A stretch of 48,217 nt of DNA, from assembly GCA_044220955.1 (NCBI GenBank), contig JBGAQA010000048.1, positions 1 to 48,217 on the forward strand, in the 5' to 3' direction. The translations under genes and the position numbers were made by a program. Shown here piece after piece: positions 38,237-48,117 of the stretch (position 1 is its first letter; every line of letters begins with the position of its first letter). The notes under the pieces were generated by a model. The model was given only the letters and a program-made list of their open reading frames with translations. It was not told the origin of the DNA and searched no databases. The stretch is from Sandaracinaceae bacterium (GTDB taxonomy: Bacteria; Myxococcota_A; Polyangia; Polyangiales; Sandaracinaceae).

Positions 38237-39079
38237 ATGGGCGACTCGACGCTGGAGCGCTTCGCGAGCGAGCTCGAGGAGCGCAACCGCGACAACGTGA
38301 GCCGCACCGAGAGCTACCTCGAGCTCTACGCGTGGACGCGCGCGCACCCGCCGGAGCTGCCCTGGGTGCTCATGGCGCACCTCGTCTCGCGCAACGCCGG
38401 CTACATGATGACGGAGATCGCGACGCGCCTGCCGGAGTCGCCCGATCCCTCGCTCGCGCGGATGGCCGAGAACCTCTTCCTCCTGCTCGAGCGCGGCAAC
38501 TTCCTCATCTTCCACGACGCGTGGCACCACGTGACGCGCTTCCTCGCGGGCGGCGCGTCGTCGCTCTGCTCGCCGCGCACGCCCGCGTTCATGGTCGAGG
38601 CGTGGCGGCGCTACGAGCAGGCCCTCACCGCGCACGGCGCGGCGCCCGAGGTCGAGCGCGCGCTGGTGCTCGACCTCGTGCACAACGAGCAGCACTTCAT
38701 CGAGCAGCGCGTGGTGCACCACGCCGACTACGTCCCCGGCGCGGGGCTGCTCGCGCTGGTCGAGGCGGGCGGACGCGAGAAGCCGCTCGTGTTCCCCTGC
38801 GCGGCGGCCAGCGGCGAGCCCGAGATCCGCGTCGGCGAGTTCGCGAGCCTGCCGCGCCGCATCGAGGCGGGGCGCCGCATCTTCGACGAGGTCGTGGTCG
38901 ATCGTGCGCGGCGCGACGCGATGTTCGCGTGGGCCTTGGCGCACCCGCACACCGGCTCGCGTGCGGCGTACGGCGGCAGGCTGGGGCCCGGCGTGCGCGA
39001 GGCGTGGCCCATCGAGCGCGTTCGCGGGCTGCTCGCGTCCATCCACGACGCGCCCGCGCCGGACCCGAGCTACCCCTGA
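38237..39079 (+). CDS. DUF2515-family protein
   Basis: NRDNVSRTESYL..Y......E..W..MAHLVSRNAGYMMT, LERGN.LIF.DA, L..NEQ..IE..VV, HTGSR..Y. Alternative ATG at 38228. Confidence 0.82.
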   Translation: MGDSTLERFASELEERNRDNVSRTESYLELYAWTRAHPPELPWVLMAHLVSRNAGYMMTEIATRLPESPDPSLARMAENLFLLLERGNFLIFHDAWHHVTRFLAGGASSLCSPRTPAFMVEAWRRYEQALTAHGAAPEVERALVLDLVHNEQHFIEQRVVHHADYVPGAGLLALVEAGGREKPLVFPCAAASGEPEIRVGEFASLPRRIEAGRRIFDEVVVDRARRDAMFAWALAHPHTGSRAAYGGRLGPGVREAWPIERVRGLLASIHDAPAPDPSYP

Positions 39080-40426
39080 TCGAGCGCGAGCGTCCGCTGC
39101 GCCGCGCGATCGCCCCAGCGCGCGAGCCAGCCCTTCATGCGCAGCTTCTTCACCGCCGCGTCGCTGCTCATATAGCGGACCATGCGCCGACCACTCGAGG
39201 ATCTTCTTGCCCCAGAGCATGCGCAGGTAGTTCTGGATGCGGCCCTCCTCGCGGAGCTGTCGCATCGCGGCGTTCCAGACGGGGTCGTGCGTGCGACCCT
39301 CCTCGAGCGCGGAGAGGTCGTAGAGGTGCGGACGTGGATCGGCCGCGTGGGCCGCGAGCGTGGTGCGCGCGAACGCGGGGAGCTCCTCGAACGTGATCGT
39401 GTCGGTCGCGAACGCCGCGCGCGCGAGGCCGATCTCGCGCCAGGTGACGAGCTCGTCGAGGAACGCGTCGGCGCGCTCGCTGACGTTCCAGAAGCCCTCG
39501 CGCTTGCCGTGGGCCTTCGTGCCGAGCTTCTCGATCGTCCAGTCGGTGCTCGCCGCGACGTGCGCGAACACCTCGTGCGCCGAGACGTGCCCGAAGTGCA
39601 GGTGGAACGAGAGCCCGCTCGACGCGTCGTCGTCGGGGTGGCTGCGATCCGGGTAGCGCGCGAGCCGCGAGCGCACGAACGCGTGGAGGCGCGCGCGCGC
39701 GAAGGAGCCACCGCCGCGGTCCTCGACGACCGGCACGCGGTGATCGATCGGCAGCCGGGCGAGGAGCGCCGGCGGGTCGCGGAGGTCCGCCGCGGGCCAG
39801 CGCGAGACGATCTCGGCCGGGAGCGCGAATGGCGCCAGACGCACGCCGCGGAGCGGGTCCGGCAGCGGCGCGCGCACGAGGTGCGGACGGATCGTCTTCT
39901 GCACGAAGCGCCGGAACTGGTGCGCGAAGGTGAACGTCTGCGTCACCGCGCGGAGCGGCACCAGGCCGTTGCCGTCGATCGCCTCCACCCGCACGGGCAG
40001 CCGCGGCGCGGTGGCCGCGAGCATCCGGCGCAGGAAGAAGAAGGGCGCGTCGTCGGTCACCACGACGCACGCGCGCGCCGCGAGCGCCTCGACCAGGCCC
40101 TTCCCGTCCCCCTCGTGCGGCTCGACGTACGCATGATGCGTCACACCGGCCGCCGCGAGCGCCGCCGCGTTCTCGCGCATCCCATCGATCACGAACGCGT
40201 GGAAGCGATCGCACGCCCACGGGTATCCGACGCGCAGCGCCTCGAGCACGACGAGCGGCCTGCCGAGATCGATCGCCCATCGGAGGGCACGCTCGAGCGC
40301 GAAGCTGTGCGTCGTGCGCCGCGCCGCCGTCGTCCAGTAGAGGACGTACGCCCCGTCCTTCCGGACCTCGGCCTCGTTGGCCAGCGCGACGCGGATCGGC
40401 GGGACGTCGCCGAGCAGGAGGGTCAT
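39070..40426 (-). pseudogene. phr: Class II CPD photolyase with internal deletion and frameshift in the FAD-binding domain
   Basis: YVLYW....R....AL..A, SGLS.HLHFGH.S, FLDELVTWRE, THDP.WNAA..QL..EG...NYLRMLWGKKILEWS. The sequence then jumps out of frame at ~39183 directly to VRYMSS...KKL, so the usual LNN(K/R)Y.LDGRDPN...W....DR.W segment is missing. Confidence 0.85.
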
Positions 40427-40578
40427 CGCTTCTTGCGGACCAGCGAGGACGCCTTCACGTCCGGGCCGCGGCGACGCGGCGGCGCCGAGGGCGAGCCGAA
40501 CATGCGCCGCGCGAGGAACACGATCGCGCCGACCTCGATCGCCGCCACCACGACCCACTGCCAGCTCGAGCCGCTCAC
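40423..40578 (-). CDS. Small single-pass membrane protein (51 aa)
   Basis: GTG start, WQWVVVAAIEVGAIVFLARRM TM helix, then a basic tail. Stop overlaps the photolyase ATG (ATGA). CATACT lies 7 nt upstream. Confidence 0.65.
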   Translation of the reverse strand: MSGSSWQWVVVAAIEVGAIVFLARRMFGSPSAPPRRRGPDVKASSLVRKKR

Positions 40579-40600
40579 GTCAGGAAGTATGGAGCCGGAG

Positions 40601-40763
40601 CACCACGGAGACCACGGAGCTCGTTCCTGCATCCCTGCATTCCTCAGCAATCAACTCCCGCGGGGGGTCCGCCTGCAGCGAATCCATCCCTCGCTTCGCT
40701 TCGCCCGCTCGATCGCTGCTCTTGTGGGTTGCCGAGGAATGCAGGAATGCAGGAGCTGGCTCC
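40601..40763. repeat. Intergenic element with 28-bp imperfect inverted repeats built from short tandem units
   Basis: TCCTGCATCCCTGCATTCCTCAGCAATC (40625-40652) matches the reverse complement of GGTTGCCGAGGAATGCAGGAATGCAGGA (40727-40754) with 3 mismatches. Preceded by an ACCACGGAG tandem duplication. Lower GC than the flanks. Confidence 0.7.
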
Positions 40764-40782
40764 TCGCTCGCTTCGCGGCTTC

Positions 40783-42540
40783 CTAGACGGAGATGCTCCC
40801 CTTCCGGAAGTCGCTCGGCGCGAGCATCACGTTCACGCACACGGGCCGCCCGGTCTTGGCGATGCGCTTGGCCTCCTCGAGGACCTCGCCGATCTTCGCC
40901 TCGTCGTCGAGCAGGAGGCCCACCCCGCCGTAGCCCTCGGCGACCTTCTCGTACGAGGTGTCGCGCAGCGTCGTCCCGACGTCGTCGCCGAGCAGCTCCG
41001 TCTGGTCGCGCGCGATCTGCGCCCAGAGCGCGTCGGTGCCGATCAGCGCGATCGGCGCGAGGCCGTGCCGCACGTAGGTGTCGAACTCGGCGAGCGAGTA
41101 CGCGCTCGAGCCGTCGCCCCAGAGGATCCACACCTCGGCGCCCGGCCGGCAGAGCGCCGCGCCCGCGCCGAACCCGCCGCCGACGCCGAGCGTCCCGTAC
41201 ACGCCAGGGTCGAGCCAGCCGAGCGGGCCGCGCGGGCGGAGCACGTACGACGCGGTGCCGACGAAGTCGCCGCCGTCGGCGACGAGGATCGCGTCGTCGG
41301 AGAGGCGCTTCTCGAGCTCGAGGAAGAGCCTCAGCGGGTTGACCCTTCCCTTCACGGTCTCGTGCGGCTTGCCGATCTCCGCGTCTCGCGCGTCCTCGCG
41401 CTTCTTCAGCGCGGCGAGCCACTCGGGCCGCTCGCTGCGCTTGGCCACCTTCGCGAGCTCGATCAGGAACTCGCCCGGGTGCATGCGCACCGCGAGGTCG
41501 GGGATGCGGTTCTTGCGCAGCGTCGACGCGCTCAGGTTCACGCCGACGAGCTTCGCGGTCTTCGGGATCGACTGGCCGTACTTCAGCCGGAAGTCGAAGG
41601 GGAAGCCGAGGACCATCACGAGGTCGGCCTCCTTGAGCGCCTTGCCGCGCTCGTGGCGGAACTGGATGTCGCTCGTCTTGCCGAGCAGGCCGCGCGCCAT
41701 GCCGCCGAGGTACACGGGGATCCCGAGCGCGCGGATCGCCTCGGCGACCTTCTCGGGGTGCGGCTGGTTCACGAGCGTCTGGCTGCCGAGCACCAGCAGG
41801 GGCCGCTTGCTGCGCGCGAGGTCCTCCGCGACCGACGCGACCTTCGAGATCGGATCGCCCGGCACCGTGAAGTCCGCGAGCGAGGGCAGCTCCGGCGTGA
41901 ACACCTTCAGGTGCGGCTGCTCGAACTGCCGGTAGAGGTGCCCGCGCAGGTAGAAGCGCAGCGCGTCGCCGAGCGGGCCCTTCATCGTGGCCTCGCCCAT
42001 CGTCCACTTCCGCACCGTCTCCTCGGGATAGAGCAGATCGATCGGCACCTCGACGAACACCGGGCCCGGCACGCCGCCGAGCGCGATGTCCATCGCGCGC
42101 TCGACCGTCGGCGCCAGGCTCTTGACCGTCGTGACGCGCGTCGCCCACTTGCAGATCGACTGGAGGATCGAGATCTGGTCGATGTCCTGGAGCGACCCAC
42201 GCCCGCGGAGCACCGTCGCCGTCGCCCCGCCGAAGACGAGCACGGGCGACTCGGCCATCTGTGCGTTCTTCAGCGCCGTGATCGTGTTCGTGACGCCGGG
42301 GCCGGCGGTGACCGCGGCGACGCCGACGTTGCCCGTCATGCGCGCGGCCGCATCCGCCGCGAACACGGCGTTCACCTCTTCTCTCATGTCGACGACGCGG
42401 ATCCCGCGCTTCTTGGCCCCGACGAGGATCGGCGAGATGTGCCCGCCGCAGAGCGTGAAGAGGTGCTTGATCCCGCGCCGCGCCAGAACCTCGCCGATGA
42501 TGTCGCCGCCGTGGTGCGCGGCCGTGGGGGTATCGCTCAT
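40783..42540 (-). CDS. Thiamine-diphosphate enzyme, ILVBL/2-hydroxyacyl-CoA lyase-like
   Basis: [87 protein letters not shown]-terminal FRKGSISV. Confidence 0.9.
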   Translation of the reverse strand: MSDTPTAAHHGGDIIGEVLARRGIKHLFTLCGGHISPILVGAKKRGIRVVDMREEVNAVFAADAAARMTGNVGVAAVTAGPGVTNTITALKNAQMAESPVLVFGGATATVLRGRGSLQDIDQISILQSICKWATRVTTVKSLAPTVERAMDIALGGVPGPVFVEVPIDLLYPEETVRKWTMGEATMKGPLGDALRFYLRGHLYRQFEQPHLKVFTPELPSLADFTVPGDPISKVASVAEDLARSKRPLLVLGSQTLVNQPHPEKVAEAIRALGIPVYLGGMARGLLGKTSDIQFRHERGKALKEADLVMVLGFPFDFRLKYGQSIPKTAKLVGVNLSASTLRKNRIPDLAVRMHPGEFLIELAKVAKRSERPEWLAALKKREDARDAEIGKPHETVKGRVNPLRLFLELEKRLSDDAILVADGGDFVGTASYVLRPRGPLGWLDPGVYGTLGVGGGFGAGAALCRPGAEVWILWGDGSSAYSLAEFDTYVRHGLAPIALIGTDALWAQIARDQTELLGDDVGTTLRDTSYEKVAEGYGGVGLLLDDEAKIGEVLEEAKRIAKTGRPVCVNVMLAPSDFRKGSISV

Positions 42541-42621
42541 GGTGAGCGTGATTGACACGAACGCGGCCCCGAGGCGAGAGCCCGCCGGAGGCGCTACCAT
42601 CGCGAGACCCCGGGAGGGACC

Positions 42622-44385
42622 GTGTCGCACAACCTGATCCAGCTGCGCCGACGTCGAGGCGACCTCGGCGTCGAGACGTCCGCCCTGCAGCAGCTCAAGG
42701 AGCTGATGCACGAGCGCCGCGTCATCACGGACGCCGACGTCTCCGCCATCGCGCGCCGCACGGGCCAGCCCGAGGCGGCCGTCCACGGCGTCGCCACCTA
42801 TTACGCGGACCTCGGCCTCGCGCGCCGCGGACGCACGCGCGTGAAGGTGTGCAAGGGCGCGGCCTGCCACGCGGCGTGCGGCGACGCGTCGGTGAAGTGG
42901 ATGGAGGACGCGCTCGCGCTGCGCGAGGGAGAGACGCGCGCCGACGGCTCCGTCTCGCTCGAGACGACGTACTGCCTCGGCTTCTGCCACGCCGGGCCGG
43001 CGGTCGAGGTCGAAGGCCGCGTGTACGGCGGGCTCACGCCGGCGTCGGCGCGGGCGCTCGGCGCCGATCTCGGGGGCGGTGGCGGCCTTCCGCTCGCGGA
43101 CGAGGCGCTCGTGCCGCGCTTCGAGGCCCACGACGGGCCCGCCATCGTGCTCGAGCGCCTCGCAATCGCCGGGCTCGACGCGACCGTTCTCGAACGCGCC
43201 GCGCCGCACGGCGCGTTCGCCGGCCTGCGCAGGGCGCTCGCGGAGCTCACGCCGGAGCAGGTGCTCGCCGAGGTCGAGGCCTCCGGCCTGCGCGGCCGCG
43301 GCGGCGCCGGGTTCTCCACCGCGCAGAAGTGGCGTTTCTGCCGGGCGAACGCGCTCCACGCCGACCAGGCGTTCGTCGTGTGCAACGGCGACGAGGGCGA
43401 CCCCGGCTCGTACGTCGACAAGTGGCTGATGGAGCGCGACCCCTTCGCGGTGCTCGAGGGCATCGCGCTCGCGGGCTACGCGATCGGCGCGACGCACGGC
43501 TACGTGTACGTGCGCAGCGAGTACCCGCGCTCGACGCCCAGCCTGAAGCGCGCGGTCGACACGGCGCGACGCGCCGGCCTCCTCGGCGAGCACATCCTCG
43601 GCTCGTCGTTCTCGTTCGACATCGACGTCGTCGAGGGCGCGGGCTCGTACGTCTGCGGCGAGGAGACCGCGCTGCTCCGCTCGCTCGAGGGCCTGCGCGG
43701 CATGGTCACGGCGCGCCCGCCCTACCCGGCCGAGAAGGGCCTCTTCGAGAAGCCGACGGTCGTGAACAACGTCGAGACGCTGGCCAACGTGGGCTGGATC
43801 GTGCGGCACGGCGGCGCGGCGTTCGCCGCCTACGGAGTGGGCAAGAGCCGCGGCACCAAGACGTTCACGCTGAACGAGCGCTTCGTGCGGCCCGCCGTCT
43901 ACGAGGTGCCGCTCGGGACCTCGCTGCGCCGCATCCTCGTCGAGCTCGGCGGCGGGCTGCGGGACGGGCGCGCGATCAAGATGGTGCAGGTCGGCGGACC
44001 GCTCGGCGGGATCCTGCCCGGCGATCAGCTCGAGACGCCCACGGGGTTCGAGGAGCTCGACGCGGTCGGCACGCTGCTCGGCCACGGCGGCGTCGTCGCG
44101 TGGGACGACCGGACGGATCCGCGCGACGTCGCGATCCACCTCTTCGAGTTCTGCGACGCCGAGTCGTGCGGCAAGTGCTTCCCCTGCCGCATCGGCGGCC
44201 GGCGCGGGCTCGAGATGGTGAAGCGCATGAAGGAAGCGCCCGCGACCGAGGGCGACCTCGCGCTGCTCGGCGAGCTGCTCGAGACGCTGAAGCTGGGCTC
44301 GCTCTGCGCGCACGGCGGCGCGATCCCCGACCCCATACGATCTCTCTTGCGCCACTTCGGGCCCGAGATGCGAGGTGCCACATGA
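42622..44385 (+). CDS. NuoE-NuoF (FdsG-FdsB-like) fusion: diaphorase subunit of NAD-dependent formate dehydrogenase
   Basis: [2Fe-2S] motif VCKGAAC...[45 protein letters not shown]; [4Fe-4S] motif [10 protein letters not shown]...SLC. SD GGGAGG upstream. Confidence 0.92.
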   Translation: MSHNLIQLRRRRGDLGVETSALQQLKELMHERRVITDADVSAIARRTGQPEAAVHGVATYYADLGLARRGRTRVKVCKGAACHAACGDASVKWMEDALALREGETRADGSVSLETTYCLGFCHAGPAVEVEGRVYGGLTPASARALGADLGGGGGLPLADEALVPRFEAHDGPAIVLERLAIAGLDATVLERAAPHGAFAGLRRALAELTPEQVLAEVEASGLRGRGGAGFSTAQKWRFCRANALHADQAFVVCNGDEGDPGSYVDKWLMERDPFAVLEGIALAGYAIGATHGYVYVRSEYPRSTPSLKRAVDTARRAGLLGEHILGSSFSFDIDVVEGAGSYVCGEETALLRSLEGLRGMVTARPPYPAEKGLFEKPTVVNNVETLANVGWIVRHGGAAFAAYGVGKSRGTKTFTLNERFVRPAVYEVPLGTSLRRILVELGGGLRDGRAIKMVQVGGPLGGILPGDQLETPTGFEELDAVGTLLGHGGVVAWDDRTDPRDVAIHLFEFCDAESCGKCFPCRIGGRRGLEMVKRMKEAPATEGDLALLGELLETLKLGSLCAHGGAIPDPIRSLLRHFGPEMRGAT

Positions 44386-47168
44386 GCGGCGACGGCGGCG
44401 GCGGCGACGGCAAGCGCAGGCTGGTGACGCTCACCATCGACGGCCGGGAGGTGAAGGCGAGCGATCGCGCGACGATCCTCGACGTCGCCCGGCGCGAGAA
44501 GATCTACGTGCCGACGCTCTGCTACGACCCGCGCCTCGCCGCGTTCGGCGCCTGCCGCGTGTGCATGGTGGGCGTGGCGGGCGCGCGCGGGCCGATGGCG
44601 GCGTGCACCACGCCCGTCCGCGAGGGCATGGTCGTCGACACGAAGGACCCCACCGCGACGAGGGTCGCGCGCGGCGTCGTCGATCTGGTGCTCTCGGATC
44701 ACCCCGCGGACGCGCTCGCGCGCGGCGACGGCGGCGAGCAGGATCGCAACGAGCTGCGCCAGGTCGCGCGGCACTTCGGCCTCGAGAGGAGCCGCTACCG
44801 CGGCGAGCGGCACGCCTACGCGAAGGACGACCGGCACCCGTACATCAAGGTCGACATGAACGAGTGCATCGTCTGCGGCCGCTGCGTGCGCGCCTGCGAC
44901 GAGGTGCAGGGCACGTTCGCCCTCGCGTACGCGGGGCGGGGCTTCGCCACCAAGATCGTGGCGGGCCAGGACCAGGCGTTCGCGGACAGCGCGTGCGTCT
45001 CGTGCGGCGCCTGCGTGAGCACGTGCCCGACGGGTGCGCTCGACGAGGAGGCCTTCCGCGCGAAGGAGACGTACGACCGCGACGTCACCACGACGTGCGC
45101 GTACTGCGGCGTCGGCTGCTCGCTCGAGGTCCACGTGCGCGGCGATCGGGTCGTGGCGATCGACCCGGCGCTGAACGGCCCGGCGAACGTCGGCCACACG
45201 TGCGTGAAGGGCCGCTTCGCCCACCAGTACGCGCTCTCGCCCGAGCGCCTGCGCACGCCGCTCATGCGCAGCGGCGACGGCACGTTCCGCGAGGCGAGCT
45301 GGGACGAGGCGATGGGCTTCGTCGCCTCGCGCATGCTCGCGATCAAGGCGCAGCACGGGGCCGACGCGCTCGCGTTCCTCGGGTCGTCGCGCTGCACGAA
45401 CGAGGAGAACTACCTCCTGATGAAGGTCGCGCGCGCGGCCGTCGGCACCAACAACATCGACAACTGCTCGCGCGTCTGCCACTCGCCCACCTCGCTCGGG
45501 CTCATCCAGTCCCTCGGCGAGTCGGGCGGCACGAACTCGTTCGCCGACATCGACCTCACCTCGCTGATGTTCATCACCGGCGCGAACCCGACCGAGGGCC
45601 ACCCCGTCGTCGGCGCGCGCATGAAGGAGGCGCACCTGCGCGGCGCCAAGCTGATCGTCGCCGACCCGCGGCGCATCGAGCTCGCGGGGATGGCCGACGT
45701 GTTCCTCCAGCTGCGGCCCGGGAGCAACGTCGCGCTCTACAACGGCATCGCGAACGTCATCGTGCGCGACGGCCTCGTCGACCAGGCGTTCCTCGACGCG
45801 CGCGTCGATGGGGTGGAGGCCTACCTCGAGCACATCGAGCGCTGGGATCCGGGGCACGTCGAGCAGATCACCGGCGTGACCGCGAAGCTCATCGAGAAGG
45901 CGGCGCACCTCTACGCCACGTCGCGGCCGGCGGGCATCTACTACGGCCTCGGCGTCACCGAGCAGGCGCAGGGCGTCCCGGGCGTGCGCTGCCTGGCGAA
46001 CCTCGCGCTGCTCACCGGCAACTTCGGCAAGCGCGGCGCCGGCCTCAACCCGCTGCGTGGCCAGAACAACGTCCAGGGCTCGAGCGACATGGGCGCGCTC
46101 CCGACGTACCTCACGATGTACCGGAAGATGGAGGACGACGCGGTGCGCGGCGAGTTCGAGCGCGCGTGGGGCGTCCCCATCCGCAAGGAGCGCGGGTACA
46201 TGCTCCCGGAGATGCTCTCGGCCGCGCGCGGCGGGAAGCTGAAGTCGCTCTTCGTGTACGGCTACGACATCGCGCAGAGCGAGCCCAACACGCACGAGGT
46301 GGAGGCGGCGCTCCGCGCGCTCGACCTGCTCGTGGTGCACGACATCTTCTTCTGCGACACGGCGCGCCACGCGCACGTCGTCTTGCCGGGCTCGAGCTTC
46401 CTCGAGAAGACCGGCACGTTCACGAACGCCGAGCGCCGCGTGCAGATGGTGCGCGAGGCCGTGCCGCCGCCGGGCGACGCGCGGCGCGACCTCGACGTGT
46501 TCCTCGATCTCGCGGCGCGCCTCGGCAAGCCCTTCCCGAACCGGACGGCCGCCGACGTGATGGACGAGGTGTCGCGCCTCACCCCCGCGTTCGGCGGCAT
46601 CTCGCACGAGCGGCTCGGCACGCAGGGCCTGCAGTGGCCGGTGCCGACGACGGCCGACACGGGCACGCCGGTGCTCTTCACCGAGCGCTTCGCCACCAAG
46701 AGCGGCCGCGGCAACTTGTTCGCCATCGACTGGTCGCCGCCGGGCGAGCACGTCGACGAGAAGCACCCGTTCATCCTCATCACGGGCCGGCAGCTGGCGC
46801 ACTACAACGCAGGCACGCAGACGCGGCGCACGGGCAACGTGGACCTGCACGGCGGCGATCTCGTGGAGATCCACCCGGAGGACGCGGCCGAGCTCGGCGT
46901 GGCCGAGGAAGACGTGGTGGAGATCACGAGCGCGCGCGGCTCGGTGCGCACGTCGGCCTGCATCACCACGCGCGTCGCGCGCGGCAACGTCTTCCTCTCG
47001 TTCCACTTCCCCGAGGTGAAGACGAACCTGCTCACCTCCGGCCACAGCGATCCGCAGACGAAGTGCCCCGAGTTCAAGGTCACGGCGGTGTCGGTGAAGA
47101 AGATCGAGGGCGCGCGCGCGGCGCTGCCTTCGATCGCGAAGGGGTTCCGGCAGGACGCGTTCGATTGA
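44382..47168 (+). CDS. fdhF: Formate dehydrogenase alpha subunit (FdhF/FdsA-type, Cys-containing molybdo/tungstoenzyme)
   Basis: N-terminal [2Fe-2S] (PTLC...GACRVC...AC), 2x[4Fe-4S] (CIVCGRCVRAC, CVSCGACVSTCP), CAYCGVGC...CVKG, active-site DNCSRVCH, PLRGQNNVQG, and a C-terminal molybdopterin dinucleotide domain. ATGA overlap with the upstream gene. Confidence 0.93.
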   Translation: MSGDGGGGDGKRRLVTLTIDGREVKASDRATILDVARREKIYVPTLCYDPRLAAFGACRVCMVGVAGARGPMAACTTPVREGMVVDTKDPTATRVARGVVDLVLSDHPADALARGDGGEQDRNELRQVARHFGLERSRYRGERHAYAKDDRHPYIKVDMNECIVCGRCVRACDEVQGTFALAYAGRGFATKIVAGQDQAFADSACVSCGACVSTCPTGALDEEAFRAKETYDRDVTTTCAYCGVGCSLEVHVRGDRVVAIDPALNGPANVGHTCVKGRFAHQYALSPERLRTPLMRSGDGTFREASWDEAMGFVASRMLAIKAQHGADALAFLGSSRCTNEENYLLMKVARAAVGTNNIDNCSRVCHSPTSLGLIQSLGESGGTNSFADIDLTSLMFITGANPTEGHPVVGARMKEAHLRGAKLIVADPRRIELAGMADVFLQLRPGSNVALYNGIANVIVRDGLVDQAFLDARVDGVEAYLEHIERWDPGHVEQITGVTAKLIEKAAHLYATSRPAGIYYGLGVTEQAQGVPGVRCLANLALLTGNFGKRGAGLNPLRGQNNVQGSSDMGALPTYLTMYRKMEDDAVRGEFERAWGVPIRKERGYMLPEMLSAARGGKLKSLFVYGYDIAQSEPNTHEVEAALRALDLLVVHDIFFCDTARHAHVVLPGSSFLEKTGTFTNAERRVQMVREAVPPPGDARRDLDVFLDLAARLGKPFPNRTAADVMDEVSRLTPAFGGISHERLGTQGLQWPVPTTADTGTPVLFTERFATKSGRGNLFAIDWSPPGEHVDEKHPFILITGRQLAHYNAGTQTRRTGNVDLHGGDLVEIHPEDAAELGVAEEDVVEITSARGSVRTSACITTRVARGNVFLSFHFPEVKTNLLTSGHSDPQTKCPEFKVTAVSVKKIEGARAALPSIAKGFRQDAFD

Positions 47169-47992
47169 GCGCCACGCGGAGCTTCGACGTCGCGCGCGTG
47201 GAGGGCGAGGCGCGGACGCGGCGCGAGGATGCGGTCGTCGTCGAGGAGCCGCTCGAGATCCGTCTCTCGGGCGACCCGATCGCGACGACGATGCGCACGC
47301 CCGGCCACGACCGCGAGCTGGTGCTCGGGTTCCTGTTCGCGGAGGGCGTCATCGCGTCGCGGGACGACGTCACCAAGCTCGCGCGCTGCGGCCGCCCGGG
47401 GGATCCGGCGCTCGAGAACACCGTCGACGTGATCCTCGCGCCGGGCGTGAAGCTCCCCGCGCACCTCGACGAGGGCGGCCCCGCGCGGCGCGGCACGATC
47501 ATCACGAGCGCCTGCGGCGTGTGCGGGCGGCGGTCGATCGACGACCTGCTCGCGCGCTTCGTCCCCCTCGAGGCGCCGGAGGAGCCGGAGCTCGACGCTG
47601 CGGCGATCGCGAGCGCGGTGCGCGGCCTGCGCGCCCGCCAGCCGATCTTCGAGCGCACGGGCGGCTGCCACGCCGCCTCGCTCGTCACGTTCGCGGGCGA
47701 GCCGATCGCGACCTACGAGGACGTCGGCCGCCACAACGCGGTCGACAAGGCCATCGGCGCCCGCGTGCGCGACGGCGCGATCCCGGTCGAGCGGACGATG
47801 CTGATCGTCAGCGGCCGCGCCAGCTTCGAGATCGTCCAGAAGGCCCTCGCCGCGCGCATCGCCGTGATCGCATCGGTGTCGGCCCCGTCGTCCCTCGCCA
47901 TCGACCTCGCCCGGCGAGGGAACGTCACGCTCGCCGGGTTCGTGAGGGGCGAGGCGATGACGCTCTACGCCGGCGCGGAGCGCGTGGGGTGA
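47165..47992 (+). CDS. fdhD: Formate dehydrogenase accessory sulfurtransferase
   Basis: EEPLEIRL, TMRTPGHD, SACGVCG, F.RTGG.HAA, EDVGRHNAVDK.IG, SGRASFEIVQK, VSAPSSLA. TTG start overlaps the upstream stop (TTGA). Confidence 0.93.
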   Translation: MSATRSFDVARVEGEARTRREDAVVVEEPLEIRLSGDPIATTMRTPGHDRELVLGFLFAEGVIASRDDVTKLARCGRPGDPALENTVDVILAPGVKLPAHLDEGGPARRGTIITSACGVCGRRSIDDLLARFVPLEAPEEPELDAAAIASAVRGLRARQPIFERTGGCHAASLVTFAGEPIATYEDVGRHNAVDKAIGARVRDGAIPVERTMLIVSGRASFEIVQKALAARIAVIASVSAPSSLAIDLARRGNVTLAGFVRGEAMTLYAGAERVG

Positions 47993-48117
47993 AACGAAGC
48001 GATCCACGGCCAGTCGTGTCACCAGCGGTGACACTTTCTCGTCGCCTCGATGGTTCCGAAGAACGACGCGCCTCTCGGAAGCGCGATCGCGGAGCGACTT
48101 CGCGCTATGATTCGCAC

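Noticed and set aside
37721..40558. 945-aa ORF as a genuine photolyase fusion protein
   Set aside because: After WSAH the frame is non-homologous read-through. The real photolyase C-terminus (VRYMSS...) is in another frame and ends at 39070.
40783..44355. 1190-aa extended TPP enzyme, and the similar 5' extensions 15328..16653, 42552..44381 and 44375..47164
   Set aside because: The extensions overlap neighbouring genuine genes. Family motifs begin only at the trimmed starts given in features.
45477..45479. Selenocysteine in the FDH active site
   Set aside because: The codon is TGC (Cys) in RVCH, and there is no in-frame TGA.
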